A stretch of 64,000 bases of DNA from Planctomycetota bacterium. Lineage in GTDB: Bacteria; Planctomycetota; Planctomycetia; Pirellulales; UBA1268. This document shows positions 8,560 through 17,986 of this stretch, in pieces. The translations under genes were made by a program, and so were the position numbers. The stretch lies in assembly GCA_018970605.1 (NCBI GenBank), contig JAGWWA010000003.1, forward strand, positions 2,289 to 66,288. The letters are read 5' to 3'. Position 1 is the first letter of the stretch; every line of letters starts with the position of its first letter. Below the pieces are notes generated by a model, which was not told the DNA's origin, did no database searches, and worked only from the letters and a program-made list of their open reading frames with translations.

Positions 8560-10500
8560 ATGGGTTTCGACGCGTCGAGATGGGTGGTTGCGCGTGAGGT
8601 CGCCGCGGCGGCGGTGATCGTGGCGGTGGGCATCGGCTGGCGGTTGATGACCGGCAGCCTCGAGGCGGACGCCACGCCTCCTCAGGCATCGGCACCGGCG
8701 AACCCCGGCCCCAAGCCGGTCGCGATCGTCAACGGGGTCGAGATCACCTCGGATCAGCTCGCAACGGAGTGCCTCGGTCGTCACGGCGGCAGCGTCCTGG
8801 AGACGCTCGTCAACCGTCGCATCATCGAGCAGGCCTGCCAGCGGCAGGGCATCACGGTCTCACCGCAAGACGTCAGCGGCGAAATCGACGCGATGGCCCG
8901 GCGGTTCAGCGTGCCACGCGACAAGTGGCTGGACATGATCCAGCAGGAACGCGGGATCACGCCCAAGCAGTATGCCGACGACATCGTCTGGCCGATGCTT
9001 GCCCTTCGGACGATCGCCCGCGGAGCGGTCGAGCCGTCGGCCGAAGAGCTTCAGCAGGCCTTTGAGAACAGGTTTGGTCCCGCCGTGAAAGCCCGCATCA
9101 TCGCCTGCCGCAGCCGGCAGGACGCGGATGCCGTGCGCGCCAAGGCTCTCGCCACCCCCGAGGAGTTCGGTGCCCTCGCCCGCCAGCATTCCGTCGACGT
9201 CGGCAGCGCCAGCGCCAACGGCTGGGTGCAGCCGATCCGCCTGCATTCGGGTGATGTGGGGTTCGACAAGGCCGCGTTTGCCCTTCAGGAAGGCGGCATC
9301 TCCGAGGTCGTCCAGGTGGCCGATCAGTTCATTGTGATCAAGTGCGAAGGACACCTGCCGCCCTCGGGCGCGACGCTCGACGAGGTCCGTCCGCACCTGG
9401 CCGAGGAACTGCGGGAGCGGAAGAGCCGCCAGGCATCGAGCGAGGTCTTCAAGAAGCTCCAGGATGCGACCACCATCGAGAACGTCATGAACGATCCCAC
9501 GAAGGCCGGCACTCGCCCCGGGGTGGCCGCCCTCGTCAACGGCCAGCCGGTGACGCTCGAGGAAGTGAAATCGGTCTGTCTCGAGCGGTACGGCCGCGAT
9601 GTGATCGAGGTGCTGGTCACGAGGACGCTGGTCGAGCAGGCCCTGAAGAAGCAGCAGCAGACGGTGACGCAGGCCGACCTGGACGCGGAGATCGCCCGTG
9701 CCGCCGCGCAGATGGGCTTCACGAAGGCCGATGGCACCGCCGACACCGCCGCCTGGCTCGAGCGCGTCACCCGTGAGGAGAAGGTGCCGATGCGGCATTA
9801 CATGGAGGACGTCGTGTGGCCGACCGTGGCCCTCAAGAAACTCGTGGGTGGCGTGTCGGTGTCGCAGGAGGATCTCGACAAGGCGTTCGCGGCGACCTTC
9901 GGCCAGCGGGCGAAGTGCCGGGTCATCGTGCTCGACAGCCAGCGGCGGGCGCAGGAGGTCTGGCAGATGGCCCGACAGAACCCCACCGTCGAGCACATCG
10001 CCACGCTCGCCGAAACCTATTCCGTCGATCCGACCACGCGATCGCTCCGCGGCGAGGTGCCCCCGATCCAGCGGTGGGGCGGCCAGCCGACGCTCGAACG
10101 GGAGGCCTTCGCCCTCAAGCCGGGCGAACTCTCGGGCGTCGTCCAGGTGGCCGACCGCTTCATGGTGATCTACTGCGAGGGCTTCACCGAGGCGGCGAAG
10201 GTGTCGTTCGCCGAGGTGCGGAACGAACTCTACGACGACATCTTCGAGAAGAAGCAGCGGATCGAGATGGGGCGTCACTTCACGCACCTGCGCGAGTCGG
10301 CCGCCATCGACAACTTCATCGCCGGCACCAGCCAATCGCCCACGCAGGCAGCCCGGGCGGGCGGACCCGCCGGCGCCGGGCTGCCGGCCACGACCCTCTC
10401 GAAGACCGAGGCGGCCGATCTCGCCAAGCCCCGCGCCGGCAGCGCGAAGGCGGCGCAGGGCGTCGTTCCGGCGGTCCATCAGGCGCCAGTCCCGAAGTAA
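8560..10500 (+). CDS. exported parvulin/PpiC-type peptidyl-prolyl isomerase with duplicated SurA-N/PPIase modules
   Basis: AAGGAGG RBS before ATG 8560; VAIVNG/AALVNG repeats; FGALARQHSVD..FDKAAFALQEGGIS and a second copy. Confidence 0.85.
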   Translation: MGFDASRWVVAREVAAAAVIVAVGIGWRLMTGSLEADATPPQASAPANPGPKPVAIVNGVEITSDQLATECLGRHGGSVLETLVNRRIIEQACQRQGITVSPQDVSGEIDAMARRFSVPRDKWLDMIQQERGITPKQYADDIVWPMLALRTIARGAVEPSAEELQQAFENRFGPAVKARIIACRSRQDADAVRAKALATPEEFGALARQHSVDVGSASANGWVQPIRLHSGDVGFDKAAFALQEGGISEVVQVADQFIVIKCEGHLPPSGATLDEVRPHLAEELRERKSRQASSEVFKKLQDATTIENVMNDPTKAGTRPGVAALVNGQPVTLEEVKSVCLERYGRDVIEVLVTRTLVEQALKKQQQTVTQADLDAEIARAAAQMGFTKADGTADTAAWLERVTREEKVPMRHYMEDVVWPTVALKKLVGGVSVSQEDLDKAFAATFGQRAKCRVIVLDSQRRAQEVWQMARQNPTVEHIATLAETYSVDPTTRSLRGEVPPIQRWGGQPTLEREAFALKPGELSGVVQVADRFMVIYCEGFTEAAKVSFAEVRNELYDDIFEKKQRIEMGRHFTHLRESAAIDNFIAGTSQSPTQAARAGGPAGAGLPATTLSKTEAADLAKPRAGSAKAAQGVVPAVHQAPVPK

Positions 10501-10609
10501 GGCGTTTCATGCGAGATCCCGGCGAGTCGCAGCATTTCCGCAGCCGGCCGGAGGCACGGCCGGACAGGTGCGACCCGGATCAGGTGGGCCGTACGACCCA
10601 GTCGCCGGC

Positions 10610-12601
10610 CTACGGCGCCGGCATCTCCCAGGCGGTCTGCAAGGAGATGCCGTTGTCGTCAGCGCGGAGCGTCGTCGCCCCCACGCCGAACATGCCCTCC
10701 ATCTCGTCGTCGCTCGGAAGCAGTTTCTGCATGCCCGCGAGCAGATCCCGGTAGGACTCCTCGACGTCTTCCGGCACCAGCGACTGCATCATGTCGCGGA
10801 GCACCCCGAGCGTGCCGCCCGACCGCGAACTGTCGCTGATGCCGAACATCCGCGCCGGCTCCAGCGCCAGCAGTTCGGCGGCTCGGCGGGGCACGTCGCT
10901 CTCGCGGAGCGACGATTCGCCCGTGGGTGGATTGCGGATCGCGGTGAGCGTGCGCTCGAGGGTGTCGGCGCCGATGCCGACCACGAGGTGATCCTGGCCG
11001 AGAAACACCGCGGGTCCGTCGGGCAGTCGGACGCCTCGAAAACCCTGCTCCTCCTGCAGGTCGCCGCCGGCCATGCCGGCGAGTCGCTGGAGGATCTTGC
11101 CGAAGGGGGCGTCGTCGGTGATCTGCCAGATCACCGCGAGTCGGTCGGCGATCTGTCGGGCCTGCTGGCCGCCGTCGCGTCCGCGTGCCCGCCGGGCCTC
11201 CGCGAAGGCCTCGGCCACGCGGGGTGGATAGCTCACGATCCAGTGGCGGCTGCCGAGGGACGTGAGCACCCGCGGCAGGTCCACTCCCAGCCATCCCTGG
11301 GCCTGCATCTCGACGGCCATGAACATGGTGGCGGTCTGCTCGCCCCCGGCGGCCACCGCGTATTCTTTCACGGTCTCGTAGGCCTTGCCGAGATCGAGCG
11401 AGATCTGCGAGAAGTCGATCGCCTCCCGGGTCACGAACGACGGCACCTCGGCGGCATCGCAGTCCTGATCGAGGATCCGCATCAGGCTGGTTCGGGGAGC
11501 CGGCAGCGCGGCGAACAGGCCGCTGCGGAAGCGGCCCTCGTCGAGCGTCTGACGCCAGGCGATCGGCCCCAGCGTGTCGGCCCCGATCATGGCGAGCCCG
11601 TCCCGGGTCGGTTCGTCGCCGTAGGCCGCCATGACGACCCGCGGATCGACCGCGACGTCGAGCAGGGGCAGTCCCGCGGGAAGCGCCGCGGCCATGCCGG
11701 GTGTTTCGAGCGCCTCGGCGACCGGCGAACGGAGCGCGTCTTCATCGGCCGCATGGGCCGCGAGGAATCGCTCGAAGATGTCGCGTGACTCCTCGGCCCC
11801 GCCCTCGACGTCGAAGTCTCGCTCACCGGCCCTGGGGCGGGCGGCCGTCGGCGGCAGCGTCTGCCCGATCACGAGCCGCCCGCCCAGCCGTGCGAGGAAG
11901 CCGTAGGTGTGCCCGGTCTTCACCAGTTTCGCGTTTTTGACCCGCTCCTGGAGTTCCGCCAGTCGCTTCTCGACGGCCGCCTCGTCGTTGCCGTCGATCG
12001 ACACGTCGCCGAGGTCGAGTGCCGACGGGTCGATGCCCATCATCGGCTCCACCATCCAGAGCACCTCCTGGCCCGCCATCTCGAGGTCGACCCGCCTGGT
12101 GGTACCGGTCTCGTCCTTGGCGATGTCCTCCTCCAGTTTCCGCTGCGCAGCCGTGATCATGCGCGCCGCCGTTTCCTCCCCCGGCTCGAGCCACAGGAGC
12201 ATCATCGCCAGCGGCGGCAGCCCGTCGTCGCGCCGCCGCATCACGAATCCGGCGCCCATGTCGCCCCGGAAGGCGGCGGAAAGATCCTCCATGCGCAGGT
12301 CGTAGCGGCCCAGGGCGTCTTCGAGGTCCTCGAGGTCGCCGCTCGCCCCGTCCGCGCGGAACGTGTCGAGCAGCACCTTCCATGCTCCCTGCAGCCGCCG
12401 CTCGGAGAGGGCCACCGCGCCGAACTTCGTCCGCCCGCGGATGGCCTCGAGAAACTCGGCCGGCTGCGGCATGCGGACCATCACGGCGGTGCCCTCCGGA
12501 AGACACGCCCAACTGGGTCGGATCTCGGCGGCGCCCGCGAGTCCGGCGGAGGCGGCCACGAGGAGGACGACACACCGGAAGCGGTCGGCGCGGAGGCGCA
12601 T
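10610..12601 (-). CDS. exported hypothetical protein (DUF3352-like architecture, tentative)
   Basis: Long ORF with signal peptide VVLLVAASAGLAGA; AAAGGA RBS before ATG 12601. Confidence 0.7.
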   Translation of the reverse strand: MRLRADRFRCVVLLVAASAGLAGAAEIRPSWACLPEGTAVMVRMPQPAEFLEAIRGRTKFGAVALSERRLQGAWKVLLDTFRADGASGDLEDLEDALGRYDLRMEDLSAAFRGDMGAGFVMRRRDDGLPPLAMMLLWLEPGEETAARMITAAQRKLEEDIAKDETGTTRRVDLEMAGQEVLWMVEPMMGIDPSALDLGDVSIDGNDEAAVEKRLAELQERVKNAKLVKTGHTYGFLARLGGRLVIGQTLPPTAARPRAGERDFDVEGGAEESRDIFERFLAAHAADEDALRSPVAEALETPGMAAALPAGLPLLDVAVDPRVVMAAYGDEPTRDGLAMIGADTLGPIAWRQTLDEGRFRSGLFAALPAPRTSLMRILDQDCDAAEVPSFVTREAIDFSQISLDLGKAYETVKEYAVAAGGEQTATMFMAVEMQAQGWLGVDLPRVLTSLGSRHWIVSYPPRVAEAFAEARRARGRDGGQQARQIADRLAVIWQITDDAPFGKILQRLAGMAGGDLQEEQGFRGVRLPDGPAVFLGQDHLVVGIGADTLERTLTAIRNPPTGESSLRESDVPRRAAELLALEPARMFGISDSSRSGGTLGVLRDMMQSLVPEDVEESYRDLLAGMQKLLPSDDEMEGMFGVGATTLRADDNGISLQTAWEMPAP

Positions 12602-12657
12602 GACGAATCCTTTCGTAATGGAGAGCACGGAGAGCCGCCGGCCTGGTCAGGCGCCCG

Positions 12658-13614
12658 CTACGGCGCCGTTTTTGCCCCTTCCGCCGCCGGTCCGCCAGGG
12701 TGGTGCGGAGGGGGCAGGTAGGTGACGCCGTTCTGGGGCTGCGACTCGTCGTACGGGTACGTGTCGCGGTGGACGAGGAAGTCGATCAGTTCGTTGGCGG
12801 GGATGCCGAACGCCAGCCCCTCGAAGACGGCGGCGCCCGCGCAGGCGACCGCCACCACCTCGCCGCGGGCGTTGAAGATCGGCCCGCCGCTGTTGCCCGG
12901 GTTGATCGCCGCGTCGGTCTGGATGAGCCGCATCTGGTCGATCGTCCGCGTGGTGCTGCTGACGATGCCCTGCGTCACGCTCCGCTCCAGTCCGGCCGGA
13001 TTGCCGATGGCGAACACGAGGTCGCCGACGCGGAGGTCGTCGCGGTCATTGATCACGACCGGCTCCGGCAGCCGCCCCTTGGTCTCCTCCGGATCGAGCT
13101 GCAGGATGGCGAGGTCGCGGAGCGGCTGCAACGAGACGATCTTCACCTTGCGATACTCGTTCTTCTCGAAGCCCTTGTCGGTCCGCCGAAAGAGCGTGAC
13201 CTGGATCCGCGTGTTGTTCTCGACGACGTGGTAGTTGGTCACGAGGTGGCCGTCCGGGCTGATCAGGAAGCCGGTGCCGAGGCCGCCGGGATTGCGGACC
13301 AGCACCACGGCCTCGCCGAACCGCTTCACGAGTTCGGGCACCTCGCGGGCTTCGAGCCGGCCGGTGCGAAAGATGTCGTGCTGGTGGGAGTCGCCGGCGT
13401 CGGCTTCCGGCGTTTCGGCGCGGACGTCGAGCAGCTTCTTCGCCGGGATCTGCAGCACGTCGAAGCCAAGGTCGAGCACCACGCCGTCGTCGTTCCGTCG
13501 CAGGAGCGGCGCCGTCACGCGGCTGCCGCCGACGAGCGTGACGGTCACCATCTCGGCCGCGATGGCCGAGTCACACCATGCCACGGCCACGAGCAGCAGC
13601 CACCTCGCTCTCAT
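12658..13614 (-). CDS. secreted trypsin-like (S1C/HtrA-type) serine protease without PDZ domain
   Basis: TNYHVV, RDLAIL, QTDAAINPGNSGGP catalytic triad; signal peptide; ends shortly after the protease domain. Confidence 0.9.
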   Translation of the reverse strand: MRARWLLLVAVAWCDSAIAAEMVTVTLVGGSRVTAPLLRRNDDGVVLDLGFDVLQIPAKKLLDVRAETPEADAGDSHQHDIFRTGRLEAREVPELVKRFGEAVVLVRNPGGLGTGFLISPDGHLVTNYHVVENNTRIQVTLFRRTDKGFEKNEYRKVKIVSLQPLRDLAILQLDPEETKGRLPEPVVINDRDDLRVGDLVFAIGNPAGLERSVTQGIVSSTTRTIDQMRLIQTDAAINPGNSGGPIFNARGEVVAVACAGAAVFEGLAFGIPANELIDFLVHRDTYPYDESQPQNGVTYLPPPHHPGGPAAEGAKTAP

Positions 13615-15908
13615 CGTCCGGCCTCGTCGTGTTGGTCGGGGCGGTCCTGTCCTTCCGGCCGGTCGCGGGTCTCGCCTTGTTCGTCGGCCGAGAGATACAC
13701 GATCAGCCGGTCCTGGCTGACCATCGCCAGGTCGCGGTCGCCGTCGCCATCGGCGTCGAGCCCGGCGATCCGCCGCGGCTCGGGCACCATGTCCTTCGAC
13801 TCGCCCCCGTCGTAGGGATACTTACGGTCTTCGAACACCTTCCACGTCACCGACCGCTGCAGTCCCTCTGGCCGACGGAGCAGCGCGGTGAGCTGGTGCT
13901 TGCGATCGTCGCAGAGGGCGATGTCGTCGCTGCGGTCGCCATCGAGGTCGGTGGCGAGGATGCGGTGGATCGTGGATTCGCTGACGCCGCTGCGACGGCC
14001 GACGCGGCCGTCGATGCTCTCGAGGAGCTTCAGTTCCCAGGGTTTGCCCCGCGAGAGCCTCACGATGCGGTCCTGATCGACGAGCAGCAGTCCGAGCACG
14101 GGATCCCACCGCAGGCCGGTACCGGCCGGCGGCTTCACGCTGGCCACGACCCGCATCACGCCCGACTCGTCGGCCGCGAGCCGATGGAGAAATCCTCCGC
14201 CCTGCTCGAGTCCCCACGCTTCGGCCGGGCGGCCGGCCACCGCGGGAAGCGGCAGATAGCTGGTGATCTTCTGGCCCTCGGTGAGCATCACCTGGTCGAC
14301 CGGGTGAAGGTCGTCGCCGAGCCACTGGAGGACGCCGTCGGTGAGCCGGGCCTTGCGGAGCCGGCCATCCACCTCCAGCAGCACGTACTCGGAGAGATCA
14401 GCCTTGGCGAGCAGCGCGGGAGTCTTCACGTCGGTCTTGCCATCGACGAGCGTCACGAACTTGCCGGCCGTGGCGTAGGCATCCTGAACGAGCAGCGCAT
14501 CGCCACCCAGCCACACCACCTGCTCGACCTTGGGGCCGAGGCCCGGATAGCGGGTGACGGAGGGTTCGGGCTTGTCGGCAGGCCAGACGAAGAGGTCGAG
14601 GTCGGAGCCGACCCGTTGGGCCCACCAGACGGTCGTGCCGACCGAATCAAGCGCGACGATCTTGCGGTCCTTGCCCTCGCGCTCCCACGGCTGCGGGTAG
14701 GTGAGCCGGCCGTTCTCCCAGCGGCAGCGATGCAGGTCGGCGGCATCCTTCGCCCAGACGAGCAGGGTGCCGGGCTGACCGGAGGGGGCGGCCAGCGATT
14801 TGACCCCGCCGATCGACGGAAACGATTCCTCGGCGAGCCAGCCGCCGGCGCCAAGGCGGTGCATCCGCAGCCGCGGCTGCGCGGCATCGACGGCGACGAT
14901 TGCGGGCGTCGCTTCCCCGCCCTCGCCCACCAGCATGCCGCACCAGCCATGGCGGGCGGCGCCGGCGAGCGGCAACGCCTCCTGCCGGCCGACGTCGTTC
15001 GCCTCGCCTTCGGCCACCTGATACCGCCGCAGCACGCCCTTGTCGGAGCCGCCGAGCAGGTAGATGTCGGCTGCTCCGGACGGACGGGAGCCGATCTGCA
15101 GCCCTTCGATCGGCTGATCGTGAAGCGTCTGGGCCGGCAGGAGGCTGCCGTCTCCGCCGCACGGATACCAGCGGACGACCTGTCGGGCCACGCTCGACCA
15201 CTCGACGAGATCCTTGTCGCCATCGCCGTCGAGATCGGCGAGAAACCAATCGAGCCGCCCGCGATTCTCCCGGGGCGCGAGCCACACCGCCCGGCTGCCG
15301 CGGGTGAGCGGCAGCTGCTGGATGCCCTGCTCGCAACTCACGAGGAGCTCGTGTCGGCCGCCTGACAGGTCGCGGACGAGCAGGCATCCCGACTTGCCGG
15401 TGGGGGTCCCGGCGAGCAGGTTCCAGTCGCCGGTCTTCTTCCAGGCCGCCCGCGTGTCGTTCGGCTTGTCGGCCGCCTGCGCGTAGATCGAGAGCCGGTT
15501 CGATGGTGCGGTGAGCACGAGCAGTTCCGGACGGCCGTCGCCATCGATGTCGTGGGCCACGGCATCGACGGGCATTTCGTCGATCGATACCTCGCCGTGC
15601 GTCCAGTCGGGCGCCAGCGGAAGTTCGTTGGGCCGATCGGGGTCGCCGGCGGTGTCGCGGGCCCGTTCGGCCTCGGGCAGCCAGCGATAGAGGTCGAGCC
15701 GTGCCTGCCGCGGGTTGACCACGATCACGTCGTCACGGCCGTCGCCGCCCAGATCGGCGACCAGCAGCCGCTCGGCTCGGCCCTCGAGGGGGATGACCCG
15801 CAGGCCCTGCCAGCCGTCGAAGGAAGGGGCGGCCGCCATTCCCATGGGCATGGCGGCGGAGGCGATGGCGAGCAGCGCCACGGCGGCGTGAAACAGGGGG
15901 AATGTCAT
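13611..15908 (-). CDS. secreted FG-GAP/VCBS-repeat beta-propeller protein
   Basis: Repeated DxDGDG motifs (DIDGDGRPELL, DLDGDGDKDLV, DLDGDRSDDI, DADGDGDRDL); signal peptide from ATG 15908; 4-bp overlap with the protease start. Confidence 0.85.
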   Translation of the reverse strand: MTFPLFHAAVALLAIASAAMPMGMAAAPSFDGWQGLRVIPLEGRAERLLVADLGGDGRDDVIVVNPRQARLDLYRWLPEAERARDTAGDPDRPNELPLAPDWTHGEVSIDEMPVDAVAHDIDGDGRPELLVLTAPSNRLSIYAQAADKPNDTRAAWKKTGDWNLLAGTPTGKSGCLLVRDLSGGRHELLVSCEQGIQQLPLTRGSRAVWLAPRENRGRLDWFLADLDGDGDKDLVEWSSVARQVVRWYPCGGDGSLLPAQTLHDQPIEGLQIGSRPSGAADIYLLGGSDKGVLRRYQVAEGEANDVGRQEALPLAGAARHGWCGMLVGEGGEATPAIVAVDAAQPRLRMHRLGAGGWLAEESFPSIGGVKSLAAPSGQPGTLLVWAKDAADLHRCRWENGRLTYPQPWEREGKDRKIVALDSVGTTVWWAQRVGSDLDLFVWPADKPEPSVTRYPGLGPKVEQVVWLGGDALLVQDAYATAGKFVTLVDGKTDVKTPALLAKADLSEYVLLEVDGRLRKARLTDGVLQWLGDDLHPVDQVMLTEGQKITSYLPLPAVAGRPAEAWGLEQGGGFLHRLAADESGVMRVVASVKPPAGTGLRWDPVLGLLLVDQDRIVRLSRGKPWELKLLESIDGRVGRRSGVSESTIHRILATDLDGDRSDDIALCDDRKHQLTALLRRPEGLQRSVTWKVFEDRKYPYDGGESKDMVPEPRRIAGLDADGDGDRDLAMVSQDRLIVYLSADEQGETRDRPEGQDRPDQHDEAGR

Positions 15909-15960
15909 GCGGCCAAGAATACCCCCACGGCCCACCGCCCGCCACGAACCCCGGGCCGCG

Positions 15961-17451
15961 TCATTCCAGCTCCGGGAGCATTTCCTCGGCGAGAGCCGCC
16001 TCGCGCAGCTTCTCAAGCGCCTTGGCCTCGATCTGCCGCACCCTCTCCTTGGTGACGCCGAGCGCCGAGCCGACTTCCTTGAGGGTCTGGGGCTCGTGCT
16101 GGTGGTCGAGGCCGTAGCGGCGGATGATGATCGTCTGCTCGCGTGAATCGAGGCGGTCGAGGAACTTGCCGACCTGGGCGAGCCGGTCATTGGCGGCCAT
16201 TCGCTCCTGGTTCTCGTCCGACCGCCGGTCGGCGGCCGACTGCAGGAGCTCCATGTCGGCGGCACGGAACCGGTCGCGGTGCTTGTGCTCGTCGGGGATG
16301 GAGCGGGCGTAGTTCTTCATGATCGCCCACGACGCGTAGGTGCTGAACTTGTTGCCGCGGGCGTAGTCGAACTTTTCCACGGCGCGGATCAGCGACATGT
16401 TGCCGTCGCTGACGAGATCGAAAAAGCTGTCGCCAGGGGAGACGCGGCGCTTCGCGATCGACACCACCAGGCGGAGGTTGGCCCGCACGATGCGGTTCTT
16501 GATCTCGACGATCTCCCCGTAGATCCGCTCGATCTGATCCATCAGCCTGGCGCTGGGGCGTTCGAGGTCGAGCTGTTCGCGGAGCGTCGCCGCCTTGTGC
16601 TTGAGGTAGTTGAACTTCCGGAACAGCCACACCTCTTGCTCGCGGGTGAGCAGCGGCACTTCGTACAGACTCGCCAGGTAGGCGGGCAGCCCGCTGGGCC
16701 GCCGCACCCGCTTGACGTCGGGCACGCCGGGATACGGCTGATCGACGACCTTTTCCGCGCTGGCCCTCGAGAACAGGGCGTTGGGAATGTTGTCGAGCGG
16801 GAGTTGCATCACCTGCTCGGCCCGCTGGGCGAGGATCACACGGTAGATGCTCGCCTTCGAGCGATGGTAGCGGCGGGCGATGGAATCGACGGGCTCGCCG
16901 GAGAGATGATGCTGGTAGATGCGGGCGCGGCTCTCCGGACGCAGGTGCCCATCGGCCGTGGGGAACACGGCAGTGTCGGGGTGGTCCTGGTCGTACCGCT
17001 TGAGCGTGTAGCGGATCGTCTCCACGCTCCTGCCGAGCCGTTCGGCGATGCGGCGATGCACGTCGGCCGGGCAGGCTCCTGCGACCGCGAGTCGCCGGGC
17101 CCACGACACGATCTTTTCGTGCTCGTCGCCGGAGAGCTGGCTGAAGCGGCTGCCCCGCTCGATCCGCAACGGATTGTCGCGGATGAACCGCTCGACGGCA
17201 CTGGCGAGGAAGCCAACACGTCGCCGGCCGTCAACGGAGTAGCGTTGGGCGACGAGGCCATGATCCCGCCACCGCGAGATCGTCTTGGTGGACACGTTGA
17301 AGCGGCGGGCCAACTCCTCGATGGAGAGCACCTGCTCGCCGGCCTGGATGTCACCACACGGCCCGATCGCGGGCGGCACGTCGCCACGGCCGTCGCCGGA
17401 CACGTCGTCGAAGAGCCGGATGAAGTTGTCGCTGGGAGCACTGGAACGCAT
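15961..17451 (-). CDS. sigma-70 family sigma factor with N-terminal HTH extension
   Basis: YLASLYEVPLLTREQE (1.2), ANLRLVVSIAKR and KFSTYASW (2), TLKEVGSALGVTKERVRQIE (4.2); AGGAG RBS before ATG 17451. Confidence 0.9.
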   Translation of the reverse strand: MRSSAPSDNFIRLFDDVSGDGRGDVPPAIGPCGDIQAGEQVLSIEELARRFNVSTKTISRWRDHGLVAQRYSVDGRRRVGFLASAVERFIRDNPLRIERGSRFSQLSGDEHEKIVSWARRLAVAGACPADVHRRIAERLGRSVETIRYTLKRYDQDHPDTAVFPTADGHLRPESRARIYQHHLSGEPVDSIARRYHRSKASIYRVILAQRAEQVMQLPLDNIPNALFSRASAEKVVDQPYPGVPDVKRVRRPSGLPAYLASLYEVPLLTREQEVWLFRKFNYLKHKAATLREQLDLERPSARLMDQIERIYGEIVEIKNRIVRANLRLVVSIAKRRVSPGDSFFDLVSDGNMSLIRAVEKFDYARGNKFSTYASWAIMKNYARSIPDEHKHRDRFRAADMELLQSAADRRSDENQERMAANDRLAQVGKFLDRLDSREQTIIIRRYGLDHQHEPQTLKEVGSALGVTKERVRQIEAKALEKLREAALAEEMLPELE

Positions 17452-17714
17452 GATCATTCTCCTACTGGCGGCCGTGCCAGCTGTTGTGACGGGGCGCAGC
17501 GACCGCACGGGCGTGCTGCCCGAGCCATTCGCCTCGCTCCGACTGGGTCGTGACCGAGACACACCGTCCCATGCGTATGGCGGACATCCCTGGCCGCCGT
17601 CCGTGCTTGAGGACGTGCTTTTTATACGGAGCCGCCTCAAGTCCGGTTCATGGACAACTGGGATTCTTGAGTGTTTTTCAATTGACCGGCTGACGAGAAT
17701 GGTCTCAAAAACGA

Positions 17715-17743
17715 CGTAAGTGTATTCGGTGAAATGACTTACG
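17715..17743. promoter_or_regulatory. inverted repeat CGTAAGT-N15-ACTTACG in the AT-rich divergent promoter region
   Basis: CGTAAGTGTATTCGGTGAAATGACTTACG between the sigma gene and the 17987 gene. Confidence 0.5.
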
Positions 17744-17986
17744 GCACGCGATGGGCTCTGGCGGATTCTCGTTTTGCTGCTGGTGTGCGGCCCTGCGGCC
17801 ACGAATCCAGCGGAAAAGTTTCACCAGACACTTTCGTCGCGGGGTTTGGCGGCGGTGTCGCGGAGAACTTTGGCGGGATGAGGGCTGATGGCGACGGATG
17901 CACCTTCCTGCAGGACGAAGAAGGGAGTGTTTGGCGGCCGGTGGGCGTCGCCGGGCCGGATGGATGGTGGAGCGGGGGTGCGGCAG

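Noticed and set aside
15909-16265. N-terminal extension fusing the VCBS ORF into the sigma gene
   Set aside because: It is an alternative frame of the sigma 3' end; the signal peptide begins at 15908 and there is no frameshift evidence.
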